IMG/VR virus record: IMGVR_UViG_3300028571_002266
Span: 104,479 to 168,478 of that record
Direction: 5' to 3' (one strand)
Source of the DNA: a virus
Length of the DNA stretch: 64,000 bases
Shown here: piece after piece, positions 56,832 through 64,000 of the stretch
Layout: every line of letters begins with the position of its first letter
How positions within the stretch are numbered: position 1 is the stretch's first letter
The notes under the pieces: generated by a model
What the model saw: only the letters and a program-made list of their open reading frames with translations
Database searches by the model: none
What the model was told of the DNA's origin: nothing
Program-made: the position numbers and the translations under genes

Positions 56832-57027
56832 AACTGCCTCTGATTAAAAATAAATAACCATATAGATAAAATATTACCAATCAATGATGTTGTCAAATTA
56901 AATTTGGTAAAAATTTTATAAATACATAGATGATTTTTGATATACATTTAATGTTAAAGCATAAATTAAAAAATTTATTTGTACCAGCTATCACAGTTTG
57001 CAATTCAAGACTTTTTTAAGGAGTATT

Positions 57028-57606
57028 ATGGATAAAAATAAATTACATCAATATAGCGGTATAACAAGAAAGAATCGTTATCCTGATCTTTTCGATTACT
57101 GTTCAAAATTAAAAACAGGGAATATCCGAATTATGTCTTTCGGATGTTCAATTGGACTAGAATGCAAGACTCTAGTAAATTATTTTCCTGAATCAGAAAT
57201 TGTTGGAATTGATATTAATGAAAGGTTTATAAAAATAGCCAACTATATGAAAAATAGTGATAAAATATCTTATGATACAACGGCTGAAGGCCATGGTACA
57301 TTTGATTTTATTTTTGCTTTGTCTGTTTTCTGTCGATATCCGCAATTGCAAAACAGAAAAGATTGTAGTGAAATTTATCCTTTCTCTAAATTTGAGGAAT
57401 CTGTTGTTGAATTGTCCAATAAGCTCAACAAAGATGGTTATTTTGTAATTTATAATTCAAATTTCAAGATGACAGATACAAGTGTTGCTGATTCTTTTGA
57501 ACCATTATCATTAAAAAATGATAGTGGAAAATTCGCCAAATTTGAAAAAGACAATATGAAATCCAATGAAAATTATCCATATTCTGTTTTCAAGAAAATA
57601 AAGTGA
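57028..57606 (+). CDS. class I SAM-dependent methyltransferase
   Basis: AAGGAG RBS; RIMSFGCSIGLE, IVGIDI, FDFIFA. Confidence 0.75.
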   Translation: MDKNKLHQYSGITRKNRYPDLFDYCSKLKTGNIRIMSFGCSIGLECKTLVNYFPESEIVGIDINERFIKIANYMKNSDKISYDTTAEGHGTFDFIFALSVFCRYPQLQNRKDCSEIYPFSKFEESVVELSNKLNKDGYFVIYNSNFKMTDTSVADSFEPLSLKNDSGKFAKFEKDNMKSNENYPYSVFKKIK

Positions 57607-57760
57607 ATTAACATTATCTTCTTTTAAGTATTAACTACTTATTTCGACTTAAAAATTTTTAAGTTTTAAGTCAAAAACATAAATATTATGTTTTAATTTT
57701 GGTAGTTTTTGTGGGGTAAATAATAATTACATAAATTTACACTTTGTGGAAAGTAGTGTT

Positions 57761-59074
57761 ATGGCAGGCAATGAACTTTGGGCGTGGGGAAGTAACGGTT
57801 ACGGTGTATTAGGAGATAACGACACAATTGATAGATCTTCTCCAGTACAAAACATAATATCTGGAAGCGTTTGGGAAAAAGTTTCTACCAGTGGCACTCA
57901 TTCTCTTGCCATTAAAAAAGATGGAACTCTATGGGCATGGGGTGAAGGTAGCAATGGATCAATCGGAAATGGCACTACTAACGCACAGTCATCTCCAGTT
58001 CAGATAGGTAATCTTTTATGGAAAGAAGTTTCAGCAGGGGTTTTTAGTAATTCTGCTATTCGATCAGATGGTACATTGTGGACATGGGGTAGCAATTTTT
58101 TTGGAATTCTTGGACTAAATGATGAAAATTCAAGATCTTCTCCAGTTCAAGTGGGATCTGATAATAATTGGGAGCAAATTTCAAAAGCACTTGCACACAC
58201 TTTGGCAATAAAAACAGATGGAACACTCTGGGGATGGGGAGAAGGAAGTGATGGAGAATTGGGACAAAACGACATACTTGATTACTCCTCACCAGTTCAA
58301 ATAACAACAGATAGTGATTGGAAACAAGTCTCTAATTCTTCTTCATCTTCATTTGCAATTAAAAACAATGGAACTCTTTGGTCTTGGGGAAATGGTAGTT
58401 TTGGTGTTTTAGGAAATAACGACACGATTGATTTGTCTTCGCCTGCTCAAGTAGGAAGCTCAAGTGATTGGTCAAGTGTTTCTTCTACTGCCTCCAATGT
58501 AGTAGCATTAAAAACAAATGGAACTCTATGGGCGTGGGGAGAAGGAGACTCTGGAGCATTAGGAAATGGCTATACGGCAACAATATCATCTCCAGTTCAA
58601 GTCGGAACTGATTCTAATTGGGCAAGTGCCTATGCTGGAATTGGCAATGTTGTCGCATTGAAATCCAATGGTACTTTATGGGGATGGGGTAATAATTATG
58701 CTGGCGTATTAGGAGATGTAACCACTAATGACAGATCTTCTCCATTACAAATTGCTTCAGACAAAAAATGGAACTTTTTTTCCTTAGGTGGAAGTAATAT
58801 TCAAGCCATAACGGATGAAATTACTATAAATTATCCATTGCCAGTTTACACATTTAGAGTTAATGTTATAGATTACACATCTATATTCAGTCAAAATATT
58901 CCAGACAGTCTAGAACATATTATTCTTAATCTTGAAAATCAAACTGTTTATGTTTCTTATGTTGATAAACCTTTGAAGCATGGCGATACATTTACTTTGT
59001 ATGGACAAAAAGCAATTAAATGTTATCAGCAATATATTGGCAAATTGCCAAAAATATTAGAGATAGTTGACTAA
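57761..59074 (+). CDS. RCC1-repeat beta-propeller protein with shared C-terminal module
   Basis: seven ~50-aa repeats GTLW.WG....G.LG.......SSPVQ. Confidence 0.88.
   Translation: MAGNELWAWGSNGYGVLGDNDTIDRSSPVQNIISGSVWEKVSTSGTHSLAIKKDGTLWAWGEGSNGSIGNGTTNAQSSPVQIGNLLWKEVSAGVFSNSAIRSDGTLWTWGSNFFGILGLNDENSRSSPVQVGSDNNWEQISKALAHTLAIKTDGTLWGWGEGSDGELGQNDILDYSSPVQITTDSDWKQVSNSSSSSFAIKNNGTLWSWGNGSFGVLGNNDTIDLSSPAQVGSSSDWSSVSSTASNVVALKTNGTLWAWGEGDSGALGNGYTATISSPVQVGTDSNWASAYAGIGNVVALKSNGTLWGWGNNYAGVLGDVTTNDRSSPLQIASDKKWNFFSLGGSNIQAITDEITINYPLPVYTFRVNVIDYTSIFSQNIPDSLEHIILNLENQTVYVSYVDKPLKHGDTFTLYGQKAIKCYQQYIGKLPKILEIVD
58850..59074 (+). repeat. 225-bp direct repeat, copy 1
   Basis: 15 mismatches versus 59934-60158 (hand count). 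Confidence 0.9.
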
Positions 59075-59147
59075 TATCATAAATTATTCATGCTTGCAAA
59101 AAATATTGAGACAGTGAATTTGTAAATCACATTGAAAAAGGAACATT

Positions 59148-60158
59148 ATGGGTATTGAAGCAGTTTTGACAAAATTAAATCTTGGATATGAAACAATTAC
59201 CGAAAACATTATCAATCCATATTATTTTAGTGATGAACCAGATGATGAGGGAGTCAACACCAACATTGAGGATGGTGGAGACGATATGTATGATGGTGGA
59301 AATTGCCTGAATACAAATCTAACTCAGCTTTATGTTAATGTAGATAATGATGGTTCTGACAATGATACTGCCCGTGCTAATTCTATTCCCTACACTCACA
59401 GTGTTTCTGGCTCAGAAGGAAACGGAGATTACACCAATCCCCCCATGGATGGAATAATTGCCGATGGCAGTTCATATTTTGGTGCTGGAAGTCAATATTT
59501 TACAAATATGTATCCAGACATGTTTGTAATGGTAGCAACTGGTATTGATATTGAAGAATTTTCAATCACAGGGGATATTGGTGCTGATGACAGTGGTAGT
59601 TATGAAGTTAATGTGTTCACCTTGACAAGTAAAGGTCGCCAATTTACATGCTTTAATAAGCAAGTTTATGACTCTGGCGATCCTTCAATTAATCATTTTA
59701 TTTTTGTGCCCGGAAACGGAAGTGGAATTGTTCATCTTTATGATACTGGCAATGAGTTTGACGATCATTGTTTGCAAAATTTAACTGGAATTGATGAAAT
59801 TTATTTTATAGTAATTTCCAAGCAAGATCCCGAATACATGGGATCTTCTGAGCGTCAAATTATTGCTCAAGCATTTTTAGATGTCGCTGCTGATGAAGGC
59901 TCAAAAGGACTAACTTATATAAATCCAACAATTACATTTAGAGTCAATGTTATAGATTACACATCTATAGTCAGTCAAAATCTTCCAGACAGTCTAGAAC
60001 ATATTATTCTTAATCTTGAAAATCAAACTGTTTATGTTCCTTATGTCGATAAGCCTTTGAAGCATGGTGATACATTTACTTTGTATGGGCAAAAAGCAAT
60101 TAAGTGCAGTCAGCAATATATTGGTAAATTACCAAAAATTTTAGAGATAGTTGACTAA
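59148..60158 (+). CDS. acidic protein with the same C-terminal module
   Basis: I.DGGDDMYDGGN motif; last 74 aa nearly identical to the RCC1 protein tail. Confidence 0.75.
   Translation: MGIEAVLTKLNLGYETITENIINPYYFSDEPDDEGVNTNIEDGGDDMYDGGNCLNTNLTQLYVNVDNDGSDNDTARANSIPYTHSVSGSEGNGDYTNPPMDGIIADGSSYFGAGSQYFTNMYPDMFVMVATGIDIEEFSITGDIGADDSGSYEVNVFTLTSKGRQFTCFNKQVYDSGDPSINHFIFVPGNGSGIVHLYDTGNEFDDHCLQNLTGIDEIYFIVISKQDPEYMGSSERQIIAQAFLDVAADEGSKGLTYINPTITFRVNVIDYTSIVSQNLPDSLEHIILNLENQTVYVPYVDKPLKHGDTFTLYGQKAIKCSQQYIGKLPKILEIVD
59934..60158 (+). repeat. 225-bp direct repeat, copy 2
   Basis: see copy 1. Confidence 0.9.
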
Positions 60159-61187
60159 GCTGATGAATTCTTCATGCTTGTAATTTGGGAATGATTCTAC
60201 ATATTTAATTGTCACATTAACTTCTGCTTCAAGCCATTTTTTAACAACGGCTTGAAGTTCTTTTTCTCTTTCTCCAAGATTTTCCGCAATAATATGAAGC
60301 TCTAATTCTTCGATTGATTTTTGAATTACTTTATACTTTTTGATACCAAATTGTTCATAATAGACTTTGCTTCCTATCAATGGCCACTTCTTGTCGCCAT
60401 TTGGTAGAACGAACATATTCCTTACACGACCATTTATTTTTTTAATTGTTTGTAATTTTCTGCCGCAACTACATTCTCCAAGTTCAATGCAATCTCCGTT
60501 TTTATATCTTTTTACATATTTATTTGTCATGGTTGTGATGATCATGTTTCCAGATTCATCCACTTCAACAATTTGATTTTCCATCACATGATGGACAGAA
60601 GGATTGTCAGGGCATTGAATTGAAATAGTCCCACATTCTTCACTGCTAAACATGGTTCCACCGAGTTCGCCTGTACTTTTAACATCAATAAGGTTTGGTA
60701 TTTTAGTCAAATCTAGTTCAGCAAGAATAGATGGTCTGCTGTGAATGTAGTGAGGATTCTTTTCCTCAAGCCAAGATTGGATTTGAGAAATAGGCGCAAA
60801 ATTAATTTGGTATGTGTTCCCTTGTATTGGAGCAATATTTTGTGGAATGCCCCACCCACTCAGGTCTCTTAGTTTTGAATCTGGCCTTATAACAGCAATA
60901 TTTTTTGTGAAATCCCATTTCCTCCAGATCATTTCCCTTACATTCGTAGCCATATACCAAACATAATCTGCATAACTTTTTTGTACTTTAAGAGATTCGC
61001 CCGTTGAACCTGAAGTGCTACAGGCAAACATGCCTTTTTCCATTGGCATATTTCTTAATTCTTCTCTTGTGATAATAGGCAAATGCTTAATTGAATCTAA
61101 ATTTGGACTATAAATCCATTGACTTTTTTCAAATTTGTCTATTATATTCTTAACATCAACATTAGGATTCTGCATTAGAATCTCCAA
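60141..61187 (-). CDS. phenylacetate-CoA ligase/CapK-like adenylate-forming enzyme
   Basis: STSGSTG, SSEECG, RY..GD, CSCGR, GR. Confidence 0.8.
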   Translation of the reverse strand: MEILMQNPNVDVKNIIDKFEKSQWIYSPNLDSIKHLPIITREELRNMPMEKGMFACSTSGSTGESLKVQKSYADYVWYMATNVREMIWRKWDFTKNIAVIRPDSKLRDLSGWGIPQNIAPIQGNTYQINFAPISQIQSWLEEKNPHYIHSRPSILAELDLTKIPNLIDVKSTGELGGTMFSSEECGTISIQCPDNPSVHHVMENQIVEVDESGNMIITTMTNKYVKRYKNGDCIELGECSCGRKLQTIKKINGRVRNMFVLPNGDKKWPLIGSKVYYEQFGIKKYKVIQKSIEELELHIIAENLGEREKELQAVVKKWLEAEVNVTIKYVESFPNYKHEEFISLVNYL

Positions 61188-61624
61188 ACATAAAAATTAT
61201 AATCAATTAGTTGTCTTGAGATATATGGAGTTATCTTAAAATCTTTAGCTTCGGGAAAATAATCTGCAACTCTCATCCAAGATTCTTTTCTTTTGAAACT
61301 TCTGACGACTAAGTTTTTAGAATGTTTTTTTGCCATTTTCAAAAGACCATTTGCTAAATCTTTGGTGAGATTCATAACTCCATCGCCGATAATATTGACA
61401 AAATCTTGATTGTTATCTATCCAATCACCTTTTATGACATTTGGACCTTTGAGCCAAGGATCTAAATCCATCTGATAATCTGATATGCAAACCAGCTTTC
61501 TTGTGCATCCAAGAAGCAATGTAGATCCATCTAACATATATTCTTTATATATTTTTGCATCATGCGTGTTAGGATTAAGGGGATGAGGCTGTTGACTGCG
61601 CCAATATGCTTGATTTGCTTTCAT
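61175..61624 (-). CDS. hypothetical protein, methyltransferase-like
   Basis: TLLLGCT, GDW, IIGDG. Confidence 0.45.
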   Translation of the reverse strand: MKANQAYWRSQQPHPLNPNTHDAKIYKEYMLDGSTLLLGCTRKLVCISDYQMDLDPWLKGPNVIKGDWIDNNQDFVNIIGDGVMNLTKDLANGLLKMAKKHSKNLVVRSFKRKESWMRVADYFPEAKDFKITPYISRQLIDYNFYVWRF

Positions 61625-61695
61625 AATTTGACCAAAATATTTTTGTTGACAGATACATATATTGTATTGTGAAAACTATAAAAAAGGCAACGAAA

Positions 61696-62112
61696 ATGAG
61701 CAATAACAACCTGATGCCACCTATTGGATATAACGAAGCAGCATCATCGGGTGAAAAATCAATATCAATTCTTTTCAGTAAAATTTTTGAATCTCGTGAT
61801 TTTGCTCATTATGCACATTTGCAATCAAAGTCTTATAGCCAGCACAAAGCACTTGGTGGCTTTTATGAATCAATTGTTGATTTGGCTGATACGATGTTTG
61901 AAACATATTCTGGGAAATATGGACTTCTTTCATTCAAAATGAATTCTGTACCAACTAATCAGGATGTAATATCTTATTTTGAATCATTCGCTAAATTTGT
62001 AGAAGGCTCTCATGATATGATTGATAAGAAAGACACATTTATCCATAATCAATTAGATGAAATTTCTACCGAAGTTTATCATCTTATTTATAAGCTTAAG
62101 AATTTGAAATAA
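61696..62112 (+). CDS. ferritin/Dps-like DUF5856 family protein
   Basis: HLQ..SY.QHKAL..FY....L.D...E.Y.GKYG, YKLK.L. Confidence 0.75.
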   Translation: MSNNNLMPPIGYNEAASSGEKSISILFSKIFESRDFAHYAHLQSKSYSQHKALGGFYESIVDLADTMFETYSGKYGLLSFKMNSVPTNQDVISYFESFAKFVEGSHDMIDKKDTFIHNQLDEISTEVYHLIYKLKNLK

Positions 62113-63135
62113 TTATTCTACTTCTTGATAATAAACTGTGCGAAGAGGAGTTGGGTTTAATTCTAAATCTGTTGATTCTTTTATGAACAAAAGAATTGCA
62201 GATAAGCTTTTTTCTACAGATGGTCCTACTTCTGCGTATTCAACAAATTGGCGGCTTTTTTTGCCCCACATCATTTTGATACTACAAGATCCAGCTGAGT
62301 AAAACCAATCTGTGTCTGTCCCTGATCCATGTGCGTTTTCAAGTCTTTCAGTTTTATATCCATTCATTCCAACCATTTTGTTTATAAGATCGTTGATTTT
62401 ATTGCCATCTTCCTTTTGGCAAATCTCAGGAGCATAAATCGATTCGCCAAACGTATGCATATTGATTACAGATTTGAATTTCATGTGATTCATCAAACAC
62501 ATTGCAAGCTTAATTGGCGAAGGAGAAGGGTTGTTAGGTCTTTGAGAATATGGAAAACTTGTTGAAGGATTGAACCCTTCAATTTTATCAGATTTTAGAT
62601 ATGTATCTGGAGAAATAACAGGAATAAAGTAAATATCACGATTATCAAGAACCCATGTCATATCATCATTTTTGCCGTATCCATTTAATATCTTTTCCAT
62701 CAAATGCATTGTGGCGAGTATGGCATATTCTTCATCGCCATGTAAACCAGCCTGAATAAGAACTTTTGGTTTGTCTTTTGTACCCATCCTGAAATAATTA
62801 CATTCTGTGCCATTTGCTGTTTTGCCATATGAAACAAAATCAGTAAAGTCAGGAGCTTCTTTATTCCACTTTTTAAGTTGATTGATTATATCGCTTTGAT
62901 TTTTATAATTTTGAGCTACATCACTGATTTGCAGATCTGAAACTTTTTTAGGTAAATACTTATCGATAATTTTTTCAGCAATCTTTTCTATTTTTTCTTT
63001 GGCGTAGTTTTCAGCTTTGTTTTTAATTATTTTTCCAGCAATTTTTTGCAATACATTTTTTTTGTATAAAACAATTCCCTCTACTGCGAAGAGCAGAGTG
63101 ATCAGGGCCAAAGTAATCAACCTGAAATTGCTCAT
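62113..63135 (-). CDS. membrane-anchored M14 zinc carboxypeptidase
   Basis: HGDE, YFIPVISPD, NMHTFG, G...DW. Confidence 0.78.
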   Translation of the reverse strand: MSNFRLITLALITLLFAVEGIVLYKKNVLQKIAGKIIKNKAENYAKEKIEKIAEKIIDKYLPKKVSDLQISDVAQNYKNQSDIINQLKKWNKEAPDFTDFVSYGKTANGTECNYFRMGTKDKPKVLIQAGLHGDEEYAILATMHLMEKILNGYGKNDDMTWVLDNRDIYFIPVISPDTYLKSDKIEGFNPSTSFPYSQRPNNPSPSPIKLAMCLMNHMKFKSVINMHTFGESIYAPEICQKEDGNKINDLINKMVGMNGYKTERLENAHGSGTDTDWFYSAGSCSIKMMWGKKSRQFVEYAEVGPSVEKSLSAILLFIKESTDLELNPTPLRTVYYQEVE

Positions 63136-63145
63136 GCATTATATA

Positions 63146-63358
63146 TCATTGTTGAGTGCCAATTTCCATCAAACAATCTTTTCCTCCTTCAATGAAAGGC
63201 CAAGGATCATGAATACAGCTTGAAATTTCAACTGCTTTATCAGTTTTCCAATCATTTAATTCCATGTCATGTTCTGGCATTTTTGGATGCCAGAACATTC
63301 GACCTTTCAATCCTTTAGTGATGTATCCCGGATAGAGAAAAACAGTTCTTGGCTTCAT
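63146..63358 (-). CDS. hypothetical protein
   Basis: ORF track. Confidence 0.5.
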   Translation of the reverse strand: MKPRTVFLYPGYITKGLKGRMFWHPKMPEHDMELNDWKTDKAVEISSCIHDPWPFIEGGKDCLMEIGTQQ

Positions 63359-63386
63359 GGCAATAGCCCTAATGTTTTACTGATTA

Positions 63387-63992
63387 TCAGTTAGTGTCAT
63401 CTGGCACTGTTCTAGTTTCGATTCTTTTGATTTTGAATCCGGGTATCGTTGTATCATCAATACTTTCAACCGTGATCCTTCTAGTTGGCAATGTGGCTTT
63501 TACTTCAACTGTTTTCTTTGATGTTCCACGACGACTAGCTGAGTTTTGATCTTCATCTTCATTAGGAGAAGATTGAGAATTGGGGACACGATTTCTGGAG
63601 TAGAAAATCCTCCACAAGTTTGCCGAATCAGATTTATGGGCAGGGTCTGAATTTGGGTAAGGTCCAAAATCAACACGCCTATTCAGTTTTACAACAGCAA
63701 TGTGTGTTAAAGCTTCACGAGCAGCTTGTGAAACAAGTGGGTCATTGTCTTCCAAAAGTGTAAAAAGAACTTCGTCTGACTTGTGTGTCATACCTGCCGC
63801 AAAAGCAGCAGCAACCCTGTGAGTGGTATCTCCAGAAACAACTGCTGGCATTAGCATGTCTGAGTTGCTGCTAAGATTCCTAGCTAAACTTGTTGCGTTA
63901 AGCCTCATTTGGGTAATGCTTTCAGGTGTGTTGAAATAACTGGTTTGAGATGGCGAACAATTCGACGAACGACATCTCACAGCCTGATACAT
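63387..63992 (-). CDS. HEAT-repeat-containing protein (may extend beyond window)
   Basis: RVAAAFAAG...LLED.DPLV.QAAREAL. Confidence 0.5.
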   Translation of the reverse strand: MYQAVRCRSSNCSPSQTSYFNTPESITQMRLNATSLARNLSSNSDMLMPAVVSGDTTHRVAAAFAAGMTHKSDEVLFTLLEDNDPLVSQAAREALTHIAVVKLNRRVDFGPYPNSDPAHKSDSANLWRIFYSRNRVPNSQSSPNEDEDQNSASRRGTSKKTVEVKATLPTRRITVESIDDTTIPGFKIKRIETRTVPDDTN

Positions 63993-64000
63993 GGCATCCA

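Noticed and set aside
56998-57027. Capsid-targeting leader MQFKTFLRS on the methyltransferase
   Set aside because: The AAGGAG RBS supports ATG 57028 as the start; the TTG extension is probably not translated.
58850-60158. Diversity-generating retroelement TR/VR pair
   Set aside because: Mismatches are mostly synonymous and not adenine-specific, both copies are coding, and no reverse transcriptase is in the window.
568-63223. Many 60-150 aa ORFs antisense to or nested in assigned genes (e.g. 568-891, 3597-3851, 13296-13526, 41805-42203, 55939-56265)
   Set aside because: Shadow ORFs of real genes with no RBS or recognisable motifs.
1-64000. Cellular (e.g. CPR or endosymbiont) chromosome
   Set aside because: Housekeeping genes are isolated from their usual operons and mixed with ORFans and virion-type genes. 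No capsid or terminase gene is in the window, so the phage call remains an inference.

Overview
AT-rich, gene-dense segment that reads as part of a jumbo/huge bacteriophage genome rather than a cellular chromosome. Isolated host-like genes (rpsU/bS21, def, infC, groES, dnaJ, clpX, csrA, mscL, cca, phoH, dut, two sigma-70 factors, tRNA-Arg) are scattered among ORFans, virion-type proteins (Gly-rich fibre, lectin-fold triplet, RCC1 repeats), HNH nucleases and many glycosyl- and methyltransferases. Several proteins look Planctomycetota-like, suggesting the host (inference). The standard genetic code fits. The most unusual signals are not gene families. (1) A dispersed ~23-nt element, GAAATCCGTC-N7-GACGGA (about 11 copies, most able to form a hairpin), starts exactly 7 nt after the -10 box of four sigma-70 promoters; one copy extends into a (CGGAGGG)4 array near a phage csrA. 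(2) A TAAATA late-promoter-like box lies 4-6 nt before ATG in at least 8 genes, implying leaderless mRNAs in a genome that carries its own IF3 and bS21. (3) T4-like capsid-targeting N-termini occur on several proteins, including the CCA-adding enzyme. All family calls come from motif recognition by eye; no database searches were run.
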